64,000 bases of DNA from Eledone cirrhosa (lineage: Eukaryota). The translations under genes were made by a program, and so were the position numbers. The first letter of the stretch is position 1. The number at the start of each line of letters is the position of its first letter. Shown here piece after piece: positions 39,668 through 53,304 of this stretch. The stretch spans positions 111,724,001-111,788,000 of the forward strand of contig OZ024742.1 in the NCBI GenBank assembly GCA_964016885.1, in the 5' to 3' direction. The notes under the pieces are model-generated. The model was not told the DNA's origin. It saw only the letters and a list, made by a program, of their open reading frames with translations, and searched no databases.

Positions 39668-39671
<4 letters not shown>
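39453..39671. mobile_element. Palindromic element derived from a PLE 3' end (family G)
   Basis: Inverted arms ctttgggagggtcatg..ctccaatttatt / aataaattggag..catgacccacccaaag; homologous to 62032-62278 and to 56495-56627 downstream of an HHR. Confidence 0.85.
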
Positions 39672-39699
<28 letters not shown>

Positions 39700-41469
39700 C
39701 AGGCTGGATTCACTGCTTTAGTGTGCAATCTCAATGGTAATGAATGTATATATTTGACGGTGTCCCTTTCATTATATAGGTATTGGGCCTGAATGTATGA
39801 CATAGGGCGTATCTGAACTGCGAGCTCGGAGAATCGGAATAAACCACAAATGATGACATAATTAATCTGTCATATCCTTCAATATAAATAAACAATGTGC
39901 ATTTAGCTAATTGGGGTTTAGTTTGCATCTGTAGGTAATTTGGATGTAATAAAACAGATAATTTTTAGATAATTGTGGTAGATTTTCCGTAGATCAGTGT
40001 TGATTAGAATTCAGTTTTCGTCCGTATAATTGTTCTGTGTATAATATTTGTGACTATTTCTATTGAATAGCGCCGACGTTCTCGAAAACACGGGATCCTT
40101 TTTCTGTTCGCCCCACAGTTCTTCATGTTCTAATTTAAATAGTTACATTTCCAAACCTGTATTAATTCGAAATGTAAATGAAATATGGCATATTCCGCAC
40201 GAGTGCATATAAGCAGCACATTTCTGATACAATGCGAAAAGATAAATTCTATAACCCTGTATGCTGTCCCGTAATACTGTGATAGATTTTGTAGAGGCAC
40301 CGTTTTGATATACTGCGTTTCTAGGGCATCTCTCCAAATCTGATAACAGCAGGTTTCTTCCTCGGAAGGATAGAAAATGAGAGAATGGAAGTGAGAGAAA
40401 GGAAGAATCGATCCGGAACTGTTATTTTTGTATCGACTTCGAATGGATGAAAGAGAAAGTTGACCTCGACAAGTCTCCAAGTCATTCAGCAGAAACACGA
40501 AACGAATATTGCAAAGAATTCTATTCGAAGTGTTAACGACTCTACCAATTCGCTGCGTCTTTTATAACAAATAACTTCAATATTATGTTTAAAATGAAGC
40601 CTTGTGGTTACTATTTAATACAAACCTGGAGTTATTCTCAAAACGTTTTCCCCGTATTTTCTATTATTATTTGTTTCTTTGTTTTATACACAACATAATA
40701 TAAATATATCAAAATAACATTTTAAAATGTGTTGCAGTTATTTTCTACAAGCCATGTTTCATAAATTTTGTTAAATAGATTTAAGAGATATACTTACAAT
40801 TGTAGACAAGCTTGCAGCTAATAAGCAGACTTATTTGTACGTTTCAAATGTGGTGTTTCAAAGAAAAACAAGACAATTATTTATTCATTTATTTATTTAT
40901 ATTCAACTAAAAGAAATCAAATAAATATATGTGCATTATAATACATTGATCATGACATATTGTTAAATATTGCTTAAAGTGATCATTATGGTTCATTCAA
41001 AAATAGTGCATATATATGTATATACTTATAAATCAACGAAATTTTCTACAGCGACTTTGCCAAAATGTTACAATAAAATAAGAGTAAAAAACGTTCTTTG
41101 TGTGCTCTTTGATACGGTTAGATGCTTAGAGAAATTATTTGATATTTTCATCTATCTTTAGTAGATTTCTTTATATAGTATGGCAATAAAAGCGAGATAT
41201 ACAATGGTTAATCACATACCACATATATATTTGTAATGTACCTTAAAAGTACAGGACTAAATATATTATTCTCGTTCTTGCAAATTAGTCAAAGACACTT
41301 ACACAAACGTACACACACACCCACACAAACACACAAAACACACTCACACATATCTATAGAGCTTAATGTGTTGTAAAATTATGTTACTGTTGCTTCACCC
41401 ACTTCAGCACTTGATGCGTAGATGGTTCCGTTTAGGTACGTGGTGTTATACTATGGTCGTTTTCTCACA

Positions 41470-41565
41470 TAAGCAGAGATTAATAGAGTATCATCATTAA
41501 TTTCAATTCAGATGTAACGCGTGTTTCGCTGTTGATCAGCTCAAGGTACGATCGCTATCGACAGA
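41470..41565 (-). mobile_element. Family B fragment
   Basis: acgcgtgtttcgctgttgatcagctcaaggtacgatc is the reverse complement of the family B HHR 3' half. Confidence 0.6.
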
Positions 41566-41574
41566 AACATCCAC

Positions 41575-43140
41575 CTCATGCAATCTATCATAGAGAGGGT
41601 GGTTAAGTAACCTGGCACGGGCGGGGCCCTGATTAAGTTGGATCAATCTAAAGCCTTTGATAGGGTCGAGCATCTGTACCTGACGACGGTCTTCGAGGCG
41701 GCCGGCTTCGGGCCCGCATTCAATGATTGGATTGCTGCGATGCACAGAGACATCTGCTCGGTTGTGGGGGTAAACGGTCACCTGTCGCAGCCGTTCAGCA
41801 TCATGCACTCGGTCCGCCATGGTTGTCCTCTCTGGTCCTTCTTCTACGTATTGGCCCTCACGCCGTTACTGCACAAACTGGAGACGATGAGAGGTGTCCC
41901 ACGCAAACGGCGACGACTTCATCCAGAAATGAGACGGGGGAGGCTGTCTCCCGCCCAACTCTGACCAAAATGGAGCGCCTTCTCTTCCGCCTTTTGTCGA
42001 AGGGACGTGCTATCATGGTTAGACAATCCATCTGCTGTCAGCACCCGTTGCGTGGGGAAATGGGCATGCCATGGTTGATGATGCACAAACATCTGCTGAG
42101 GCTACGACATCTGTGGTGCTTTCCTCAGGGTGAACAGGTGTGGTCGCCGTTTGCCAGTGCGCTTTTCCTCAGCTCGTCTCCTTGAAGGAGCTGCAGTCCT
42201 GGATCAGGAAACATCCGAGGGATAACGCTTAGAAGCTAGTATGTCTCCAAGCGCTCACCAACCTCTACCAGCTGGGCACTGGTATCGGTTGAACATCCAC
42301 CTCGGCGTTCTATAGAGGAGTAGTGGCGGGAGGAGGGACGACGTACTCGCGGAGGCTCTGGGCGTTGTAAACGATCAGCTGTTCGCTGTCTTCGAGAGAC
42401 CTTTTATCCTGGGGCCTATGGACAACTTCCAGCAATCCTTGGCCTGGGAGTGCTACCGAGGAGCGTTGACGGTTCGGGATAAACTCTACAGGCACGGAAG
42501 TGTTGTCAGCCGAGCCTGTTGGAGATGCGCGCAAGGCGACAAAACCGTGCTGCACACACTCGCTCAGTGCCCGAGCATTGGTGACGTGTGGGGCTATGAC
42601 AAACCGTTGCTGTCGCGTGTAGGACGGATCCGGTTATCGATTGAGCCCATTGTTAAAAAGAAACCGCCATCCTCCTTTCATCTGCCTGGTGGCCATGCCA
42701 AAAGAGATTGTATGGAGGACAAGGTTGAAGGAATGAAGACGGACATTTTCCTCTCCGGCGAATCCTTGATGATCTTTATCAAGGTTTACTTGAAGAGGAA
42801 AATCAGGGAGGCAAGTGCTTCTTCTAGTAACTTTGTTGAAAGGTGGGTGAAAGTGACGAGTCTAGCTGAGTATGCACCTGTAGACTGAGGAGTGGGAGAA
42901 CTGAGATAGGGTGCTTGCCTCGGTGGTCAGGTTGGCCGCGGTTTTTTGTGTGGTTTTCGCCAGGAGTGACCCTCGGGAGTTTCCCTCTATTGGAGAATTT
43001 TCGTTGTTTAAATTTCTTAATTTGTTTATGTCTTTTTTGCTATAACCATTTTTTACACGGCCAAAACCAACACTGTATCATCCTGTGTCGTCTCTAATGT
43101 CTTTCTTTATGTTAGCCCCTGTGGCCAATAAAGAAACCAT
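41575..43140 (+). mobile_element. L1/Tx1-clade LINE, 5'-truncated and internally deleted
   Basis: DQSKAFDRVEH..VNGHLSQPF..SVRHGCPL (RT); WECYRGALTVRDKL..CWRC..KTVLHTLAQCP (zf-RVT); ends with AATAAA near 43128. Confidence 0.9.
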
Positions 43141-43169
43141 TATTTATTATTATTATTTTTCTTTGAGTC

Positions 43170-43264
43170 GAGGTTGACTTTGCCTTTCATCCTTAATAGG
43201 TCGATAAAATAAAGTACCAGTAATGCACTGGGTAATTGCTGGCCTTGTGCCTAAAGTAGAAACA
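43170..43264 (+). mobile_element. 5'-truncated SINE with ~18-bp target-site duplication
   Basis: gaggttgactttgcctttcatcc..ggtcgataaaataaagtacc, flanked by attatttttctttgagtc on both sides. Confidence 0.85.
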
Positions 43265-43282
43265 ATTATTTTTCTTTGAGTC

Positions 43283-44010
43283 TCAGTCATTGATGGTATT
43301 TAACTGGGAAAGTTTGTTCAAATGAACATCAAGCCGTTACCTGCAGCCTCAGATATTCAGGACGTATCGGAGGGTTTTTGCTGTTCCCAGCAAGTATGCC
43401 TTTTGAAGTGTTCCAAAAAACGGTGCTGGACTAATCTTCTTTAACCATCCTTGTAAACTGTTTGAGATACTACCTAGTGCTCATATAACAACCAGGACGA
43501 CATTGATATCATGACAGTCCTAAACCCTTTTTAACTCACATTTTAAATCCTGGTATCGGTTGATTTTCTCCCTCTCCTTTTCCTGCACTCCCATGACAAA
43601 TTGGCAGGCTACATCTACAATCAAGCAGGATCTTGTTTTCTTGTCCAAAACCACCACGTCAGGCCTATTGCGTTGTAATTTCTTGCCCGTCTGTATCCTG
43701 AAATCCCACAGCACCTTCACCTGATCGCTTTCTATCATCGACTCTGGCTTATGCTCATACCACTTCTCAGAATGTGGCAAAATGTTTACTTTTCATAGAT
43801 ACCAGTGGATCACCCAACCTATCACATCATGTCTCCAGCCTGTATAGTTGGCCTGGGCTAGGTGTTTACACTCGGATACAATGTGAGCCACGGTCTCCTC
43901 GCTCTATCCACAGATCCCACACAGAGAGCTAGCCTCCTTCTTATGAATATGGTGTTTCACCCACTTCGTTCTGAGGGCCTGCTCTTGTGCAGCCGTTAGC
44001 ATTCCTTCAA
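43283..44010 (-). mobile_element. R4/Dong-clade LINE 3' fragment (CCHC + restriction-like endonuclease)
   Basis: EGMLTAAQEQALRT..CGICG..ETVAHIVSEC..RHD; WYEHKPE..LWDFRIQT..NRPDVVVLDKK..IVDVAC..EKINRYQDL; TAA-rich flanks. Confidence 0.9.
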
Positions 44011-44203
44011 TTATTTTTATTATTATTGTTATGTTATTAGAATCAATGATATTATCTGCATTAACACTAACCATTAATGCTACCAATAATATTGTTTATA
44101 TTGTCTTCACCCTAAAACACTAGCAATTTGTGTATAGATATACTTGTGTATATGTATGTGTGGGTAAATTTGTAATGTGTATGTGTATATATATGCATAG
44201 GCA

Positions 44204-44372
<169 letters not shown>

Positions 44373-44430
44373 CCGGCGGCACGGACTGCAGTCGAATGCT
44401 GTCGATCGATTGATTATTGATTAGGCGAAA

Positions 44431-44541
44431 CCCGCTGATGAAGCCACATGCGCCTCTTATGCACGGTTGCATAATATATGCGGACAGAGGGTGCTGTGCA
44501 CTCTGCTGCAGCAAAAAGAGTGGCAGAAACACGTGTACGGG
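44431..44541 (+). ncRNA. Type I hammerhead with large structured stem II insert, in a ~320-bp TA-flanked non-coding element (44372-44690)
   Basis: CCCG-CTGATGA-A-GCCAC-[~70 nt with hairpins TATGCA/TGCATA and CACTCT/AGAGTG]-GTGGC-A-GAAA-CACGTG-TA-CGGG; palindromic stem III ACACGTGT. Confidence 0.8.
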
Positions 44542-44765
44542 AACTACTGTAGGTACCCGTTTACCTGTTTTCTATTGAAGCGAATAACTATGTATATACT
44601 CTGGGAGTGTATTTAACATTACCTATTGAATACGCTGTGATGCAACCTGTCCTAGCATTGATACCTATGCTGGGTCCGTCAACTTCTTCTTATATATATA
44701 TACACGACACACTAAAGCCAGATGGTGTAGGACAGTTCAAAGGACACATGCAATATAACAAATTA

Positions 44766-44905
44766 GTCACTGAGGAGATCACATGTATGACGAATGAGCT
44801 TTGACAATAAACATGCGGTTATGTATGACGAAAGAGCTTCGACAATAATCATCCGGTTATTAAACCAACTAAATGGAAATTTGTGATAAAATGAAGTGAA
44901 AACCA
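44766..44905 (+). ncRNA. Family G PLE 3'-end fragment with hammerhead (GAAA mutated to GAAT) and duplicated 3' half
   Basis: GTCA-CTGAGGA-GATCA..TGAC-GAAT-GAGC-TT-TGAC, then atgtatgacgaaagagcttcgacaataa; matches 56407-56449. Confidence 0.65.
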
Positions 44906-45499
44906 AACAAATGATTCACAGCCAAAACATTATTTGCAGCATTTATACACTGAAGACATATGCCTGCTGAAGGCATTTGCATATATGAGTAATATATTGA
45001 ACTTCAGCAGCTTTTCTCTATCAACTACATTGATTATAAAAAGCTGTATCAGAATGACCTGTTGCAGAACTCTATCTGCCGCTAAGGAGCAAATCGCAGC
45101 AACACACACTAATTCAGAACCAAGACTGTTGCACTTTTTCCTCTAAAGGTCCCCTTTCAGCATTGGACATTGTTAAAAATGGATATAAGAAGTTTTTCAG
45201 CCGAAAGAGAGATAGTGAGTTACTGATGTGGAATTATACGTTACATCTCAATTCTCTTTTAAGTTTATCCATTATTCCATTATGCATTAGATATTATGAG
45301 ATACCCCCCCCCCACATACATATATATATATTAGTTTAGTAAAGTTATCTCCTAGGTATAGAGCAACTCACGTCGTTATGACGAGTTTTAATAAATTAAT
45401 AATGTCAATCATTAGAACGGAGCCATGTGAACCGGTTCATTTCCATCATTTTGAATCCAACAGATTGAATATGTTGGCCCTCCACTCTAACGAAACAGA

Positions 45500-45778
<279 letters not shown>

Positions 45779-46426
45779 ATATATATACATATGTATGTGT
45801 GTGTGTATATATATAAAGTTGTTGAATATTATTTAATAACTTATGAAATGTCCAATTAAAAATTTAATATTTAGAATGACTCATCAATTATTGGTGCTAA
45901 ATTATTTTTCTGCCCAATCTGCAATTTAAAAAAAAAACATTTTAGCATAATTTAAATAATATATGGAAATTAAAATGAGAGAAACAGCTTTCGTGTAGAT
46001 AGGAGAGTAATCTACATAATAAGTGCTAATAGAAAAGGAAACGCCATTTTCAAATGTGTGTCCCATTTGCATATAATATAGGAAATCAATTTCACAAGGA
46101 GATGTATTAAGCTAGATAGGATTGACCATATAAAATTATGTAATTAGATTTTATAATATTTTCGGATTTTTCAGCTTCAACTAAAACTGTCAGATCGATA
46201 TAATGACCGATTCAACGTTATCTTCTTCTGTTATTGTCTATTAGAATACAATATTGAGTATTTGACAGTGTTTAGCATACATACGTGTAGGAACGGAATT
46301 CAAATATCAGACAGAAAATGTTTAGAAATCTGGATATAGAACATTTGAAATAATCTCTTATTAATTATTAGGAGTTATGAATATATATATATTTTCTTAG
46401 AGTTTTAAAATGTCCGTTATACTTAG

Positions 46427-47375
46427 TCTTCTTCTTCTTCTTCTTCTTCTTCTTCTTCTTCTTCTTCTTCTTCTTCTTCTTCTTCTTCTTCTTCTTCTTC
46501 TTCTTCTTCTTCTTCTTCTTCTTCAGGTGAGACCAGCTAACCTCATGGCGGTTATCCAACCATCTTGTTTGGGATCTACCACTGGGTTTCCTGCCACTTG
46601 ATTTTTCCCGTAAAATCTGTCCAGATTTCCATTCCTGAGGCATTCTAAGCACATGCCCATAATGACGGAGCGGTAATCTCTCGATTCGTAGAAGTAGCGA
46701 CTAAACATGGAGCTATTCACTGATCCCCAAGCTACGCCGTCTATCGATTAACGTTGCACCAATGACTCCTCGGAGTAACCCCATTTCGGCAACTTAAATT
46801 CACGTTCGTATTCTTCCGGTAATTACCGTGATACATGACCATAATTAAGGCATGGTACGAATACCGAATTGAAGATAGTGAGTTTTGCTTTGGCAGCAAG
46901 CTCTCTCCGTATGATTGTAGAATGTTGAAGCTTGCACATTACTGTCCCAGCTCCTGCAATTCTTGCAATTACTCAGCCCCTGCCTTCCATTACACTGCCC
47001 CGAGATAGTTGAAAATCTCCACCTATTTCAGTGGAATTACATTCATATGTAGATTGCACTACACAGGCTTATGTGAGAGTAGGGCGTGATCATCTCAATT
47101 TTCAAAGAACGAGAGAAGAGAAATTGCTCCATTTATAGAGGGATCTCCTTGTTAAGCCTCCCCGGTAAAGTCTATGCTAAGTGTCTACCAACAAGATGTA
47201 GGGAGTTCAAGCTAGCTTATGAACTGCCTGATTTTCGCTACCGACGCAGCAAAGCTGACCAAATATTCACACCATGGCCAGTCTTTAAGAAATCTTGGGC
47301 ATATTTTCGCGAGGTGTATTCTTGGTTTGAATACCTCGAAAAGGTATATGACTTCTGTGGAAGTTTCTGCAGGAG
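46427..47375 (-). mobile_element. RTE LINE with (GAA)n tail and an inverted 5' segment
   Basis: Minus strand 46525-47085: VEIFNYLG..LRMPQEW..SGRKPSGR. Plus strand 47086-47375: IISIFK..NCSIYRGISLLSLPGKVYAK..DQIFT..LEKVYD (upstream RT region in opposite orientation). Confidence 0.85.
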
Positions 47376-48025
47376 TATATTTAGGCTAATTATTAAAAGC
47401 GATTAATAACTCATATTAGACACATTTTTATATAGCAAGATTTACTAATAAGCCTCATTTCCATAAGATATTGTTCATGATATTCTTTAATTGTATATTG
47501 AATTATGCTAATGTAGCAATTCTTATATACCATTGTACATGAACATTACAGAAACTCTCAAATAAATATCATTATTGGAATAGAATAAATAAATTCAATT
47601 ATATTCAGTCTCCTTGCCTCAACATTATAATGAACATGAAACAATTCAATATTTAGCAAAACATTTTCATCCGAGTGGCGGGATAGTTTTACTAAATAAG
47701 TAGGTAGGAATGAGGTTTGACCCTAAAGCGTAAACAACACGAAGAAATCCTACAAGTCATTTGATTCGACTCTGTAACAATTCTGGAGAATTCCCAACCC
47801 ATTTTTGAAGTTATGAAAATCAAACTTGATTTCAAAGAGATATGAATTCATTCATATAGCTATTGTAGTCTAGAATCTATGGCGAAATACATTTTTAACT
47901 ACTTAACAAAAGGGGCCACAAAAACTTCTTCGTTCAAATATATAGCAGTCATGAGACATTAAAAAAACAATAAGAAAAAGAAAAATACAACGGCGTTTTC
48001 AACTTTATAACATATTCAACATTAT

Positions 48026-48392
48026 TGTGTGAATTGGCAGTATCGGTAGAGGGTCGGACATGCTTTCCAGCATAGTTACATCCCTTTACGATCTGAGTTC
48101 CAATCCGGCCGACATTAATTTTGCCTTTCATCCTTACAGGATCAATAAAATAAAGTACCAGTAATGTACTGGTTAATTGCTGGCCTTGTGCCTAAAATAG
48201 AAACAATTATGTGAATTGGCAGTATCGGTAGAGGGTCAGACATGCTTTCCAGCATAGATACGTCCCTTTATGATCTGAGTTCAAATCCCTCTAAGGTTAA
48301 CTTTGCCTTTCATCCTTACAGGGTCGATAAAATAATGTATCAGTAATGTACTGGGTTTGCTGGCCTTGTGCCAAAAGTAGAATCAATTATTA
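48026..48392 (+). mobile_element. Two tandem full-length tRNA-derived SINEs (~183 bp each)
   Basis: tgtgaattggcagtatcggtag (A-box-like)..gagttcaaatcc (B-box)..gcctttcatcc..cttgtgcc..aattat repeated head-to-tail. Confidence 0.88.
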
Positions 48393-48769
48393 TAAAGAAC
48401 TTAATACCCTATCCTGGACAGAAAGGACAACAAATACATTTACATGTTTAATAGTTCGTCATTAAGACATGAAGATCCTTGCATAAAGGTTTGTAAGAAA
48501 ATAGACATGATTCACAAGAAAGAATGTCATGATATCAGTTTGCTCATTAGAATAGTGACTGTCCAACATGTACACAGACAAAAATTTAGTATAAAAAAGT
48601 GAAGAACATCACTTAACAGACCGTTCGATCATCCACACACTAACCTTGACTTTGCATACGCATTTAAATATACATATGTACATCACAGTTTTGGTGAATC
48701 TTTATATATTAGTATTCATACATTGAAATGTCATCATTTATATGTGTGAGAGCCTATGTATATATATAA

Positions 48770-48817
<48 letters not shown>

Positions 48818-49802
48818 ACATATATACACATATATGGGCGTTTATAAATTGTTAAGCCAAAAGCATGCAGGGAATACATTCTTTTTTACGACCCGTAAAA
48901 AGAAGAAAAAATACATGAAATGCCAGTATGAAAAAATAAAAGTATCGTATCTCCTATCAAATTATCATGCATCAGAATTAACCTATAATATATCAGAATA
49001 ATGCCAAAAGAATTGAGATGAGAGAGATAAATGTATTGCTTTCCTTTAGTTAACATTTTACTATTCAAGTTAGCACGTCTATTTTTGAACGTTATCGATA
49101 TGATTTTGATTCGTGTTGACTTGCAGCGCGAAATATAATCAAGGAAGAAATCTGGCGTCACATTCCGAATGGAATAATTCGAAATTTAATGCGACATTCT
49201 AGTTATTTCACATATTATTTATTTCTCAAGAATATATGCCAAATGTAAATATGAGTTGTTTTAGAGAGTGAATAAATAATATTATCATAAAAGAGTTCAG
49301 GTTATTCTTCTCTGTACGCTTTATGCATTTCCCAGCACCAGGTATTACATATGAATACATACACGCAGTTATTCCCAGATTATCTATTTTAGACACACGC
49401 ACATACACACATGCATAAACATATGAACACAAACAAATACATAGGTACATATGTTCACGAAAGGGTACATACAACCAACTTAATAATGTACCAACTTCGA
49501 AACCATGATCACAACCATATTATGCTTACAGTCTAATATTTTGTGTTCCTCAAGAATTCAGAATTCCCAAAGAAATCCAAAATAAAAAAGGGGCTACCGT
49601 TAGTGGATCATTGATACATAGCTCCTAAACATGATACCGGACTAGCCAATTATTCAAGGATACACTCAAGGAAGACCAACATATAGCGTAAATACTCAAC
49701 CAAAATTGTAATACATTATATTTATGCGAATCTCCACCATGGCCCCAGTCCAAAACCAGAAATCATTAAGAGAATAAAACAATGTGTACTCACACACACA
49801 CG

Positions 49803-49859
<57 letters not shown>

Positions 49860-49862
<3 letters not shown>

Positions 49863-52800
49863 AACAACAACTCTACGGACAACAACAGCAATAATAACGA
49901 TAGTAGTAATATAAACAATAACTCTGAGTATAGAAATAGCAGCTATAATAGTCATAACATTAGCAATAGTAATATTAACTATAGACAGAACAACCACAAC
50001 TACCACAATAATAATAAAAATAATAATAGAAACATTAACTAAAGACACAGCAGCAGCGACCACAGTAGTAATAACGGTAACAATACGAATAACAACAACA
50101 ACATCCACAGTCGTAATAATAGAAATAATATATGTAGCAACACTAATGATAGACAACAAAAAAAGAAACATAATACAAGTAACAACCACAATGGTAGAAA
50201 TAACAGTAACAATAACAATAACGGTGGAGAAAACAACAATACATCTAACAATCACAGCAACAATACATCTAGCAATCATAACAATAATAATAATGCTAAT
50301 GATAGGAACAACAACAACAACCATAATAACAATAATAGCAACACACACAACTATGACGATAGATATAATGACAACCCCTTAGAGAAACTATTCTTCAACC
50401 CAGCTGACAAAACATATAAGATGGGTAATATCTATCCTACGAGGTTACCCTTTAATAACAGAGTGTGCATACCATAACAAATAGATGACGAGACAGAGGC
50501 ACAGTTCACCATAGCTAGAAATAAGATTAGACAAATAGTAGACAGGTATGTAGAGGTCCAACAACTTGGGAGGAAACCAGTAGAAGGCTTGGTTAGCCTC
50601 AAGCAGCGCACAAGGGATGGTGAGGCAGTATGTCTACCCACGGATAAGTCTGGTAGGATGTCAATAGACAGCATGCTGAACTACATCAATGCTATGCAAG
50701 CCCACATCACCAAGACGAGCGAAATTGCACAGCAAATACATGATGTGGGAGAGAAAATCCTCAACCCTCACATGATGATATGGACCGACAACCTAAAGCT
50801 AAGCAGACGCACTGCCAACAACTTCCAGGCGTCTAAATATAGCATACCACACTTGTATGAGCTCCGCAAATACCACAAGACAGTCGACGACCCGACAACA
50901 AGACGACCAACAAGACCTGTATGCGGAGCAAATATAGCTAGCAACTACAGGATCTCCTACTTCCTCTCAATGGTTATACGCCCCATAATCAATATCTCCC
51001 CAGATGTATGTGACAGTACAGAGGACCTCCTCAGCAGAATCAGTGAGTGCAACAACAACAGGAACCTATCCAACTGCATAATAGGCAGTATGGATGTGGT
51101 ATCACTGTACCCACCCATTAACATTGATTTTGATGTGGAAAAATGTGTGGAGATGATCATTGAGAGTGAGGTGGAGTTCAGCGACGTCGACACAGACGAA
51201 CTGGGCCTCCTACTTAGACTTACCTACGACACTGACTACCTAGACAGCCATGACCTTAGACGTTTCTGTCCCAGTAGACCCATAAGAGGTAGACCCTCCA
51301 CCATAACCTCAATGGCAAAAAAGACTCCCATAGGAAGGTGGATTGGGTGGACCAAAGCTATACGGACCCGCCAAATCAATGATCAGGTAAGAAAAATGGT
51401 CGCACATGCAATAGGGGCTAGTATGAAAACTACCCTAAAGGGCTACATATTCAAGTTAAACGAGAAGATCTACACCCAAAATGAGGGAGCAGCCATTGGC
51501 GTCAGCATAGTTGGTGATGTTGCCAACCTTTTTATGGTATGGTGGGAAAGGAGACTGAAATATCTCCTTGATGAGAGCTCCATATACCTCATCATGTACT
51601 ATCTTAACGTAGACGACATCAATATCGTAATAAGGACATCCCCATAAGATTTAAAACGTAGCACAATGGAAAGTATCCAGCAGATACCTAATTCCATACA
51701 CCAGAGTATAAATTTAACTATCGACTACCCTTCCAAACACCATAACAATAGACTACTCTCTCGCCTATAGTGTTAATCCAGACTATCACTATAGACGAGA
51801 TTAAAACTATAGACGAGAGAGACCAAATTCTCCACTCACAATATGCTAAACCCATGGCCTCCAAATACCTGATACTCAAATACTAAGCAATGCCCAGTAG
51901 TGCTAAGTTTAATATTCTGATCGCAGACAAGGTACGAGTGATGAAGAATGTGTCCCGCATGTGCGACCCAACATAAATGGAAAGACACAACCAACACTTC
52001 ATCTACCGCATGCAGTTCTCTGGCTACAACCAAAGAGACAGAATCAGAGTATACGAAAGAGCCACGGAGAAGTATAAGACCCTCATAGAACTGGACATGA
52101 AAGGAATTTGACCATTGTACAGGAGCAAATCATGGAATAGCTTAGATAGGACTAGACATAAGATAGGGAAAGCCACCTCATGGTACGACAACCAGAGATA
52201 CCAGAATGTCATGTTTGTGGACGCTACCCCTGGAGGGAAATTAGCTAACCAGTGTAGAAAGGCCTTGAGAAATATCCACTTAAAGATTAAGGTGGTAGAG
52301 AAGCCAGGAACCAGCATAAAATCCCTGATCAGCAAAACCTACCCTTTTAAGAAAACCCACTGTACTAATAGGAAATGTATCATATGTAGAGTAAACCCCC
52401 GGATAAACTGTAAAACTAGAAGCGTAGTCTATAGCATAATATGTACAGAGTGTACTTGCAGAAACATGACAACAACATACATAGGCGAGACAGCTCGTAG
52501 CATAGGTGAAAGCATAGACCAACACTGGGGGGAACTAAAAGGACGAAAAAAAACGGTTCAGTACTATACAAACATAGAAGACAACAACACAACGGTGACA
52601 TAGACAACATAGAAGTTAGAATAATATCTAAACATAGAAATGACCCAGCAGATAGCCATATCAGAGAGCCGAGTGAAATAGAACTTAGAAGGCCAAGGCT
52701 AAACAGAAAAAATGAATGGAATAACAACACAAAAACAAACAACACTGACCTAATATAAGTATAAATACATAAATAAATAAACAAATAAATAAATAAATAC

Positions 52801-53280
52801 ATACACAAGCACAATAACAACAAACACATATAAGCACACACTAGTAAACTAAGATAGAATACATTAACCAATACACAGTCACACAAACAAGAACACACAT
52901 CACACAAAACACTATACACACACGCAAACGCATGCGCAGAGAAGACAACAAAATAAACAAGTAAATATATAAATAAACAGACTAAATAAAAATGGCGTAA
53001 GCATACAATGCAACGGGAGGAAACATAATAGCACCACTGACGATGTTGCAGATGTGCAACGAAAGAACTTTGTTAGACTATATATATGTGTTTGTGTCTA
53101 TATTGTATCTGTATTTTTGACCGTTGGTCAGTCAATGGCAATATTGAGGACCGAATAAATTAAATTAACCGATATAAAAGACACAGAAGCGAAAACCAAC
53201 CAAACAGTGAGTGTGTTCTGTTATTAATTCTGGCAATATTATTACACAAATATGAACCTCCCCAAGTATATCAATATATA
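49860..53280 (+). mobile_element. Penelope-like element, decayed: AAC-rich leader, RT, GIY-YIG, 3' HHR
   Basis: PTDKSGR..; GSMDVVSLYP; YTQNEGAAIG; YLNVDDIN; CIICR..NCKTRSVVYSIICTEC..YIGETARS..; RLNRKNEWN; 5' limit uncertain. Confidence 0.92.
53033..53074 (+). ncRNA. Minimal type I hammerhead in the 3' region of the 49.9-53.3 kb PLE
   Basis: ACCA-CTGACGA-T-GTTGCA-gatg-TGCAAC-GAAA-GAAC-TT-TGTT. Confidence 0.72.
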
Positions 53281-53304
53281 TAGATATATATACATGTATA
53301 TATG

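Noticed and set aside
40130-40498. 122-aa minus-strand ORF
   Set aside because: No recognisable domain or splice context
49722-50348. 208-aa hydrophobic ORF resembling a membrane protein
   Set aside because: Antisense reading of an AAC/AAT low-complexity tract in front of the PLE RT
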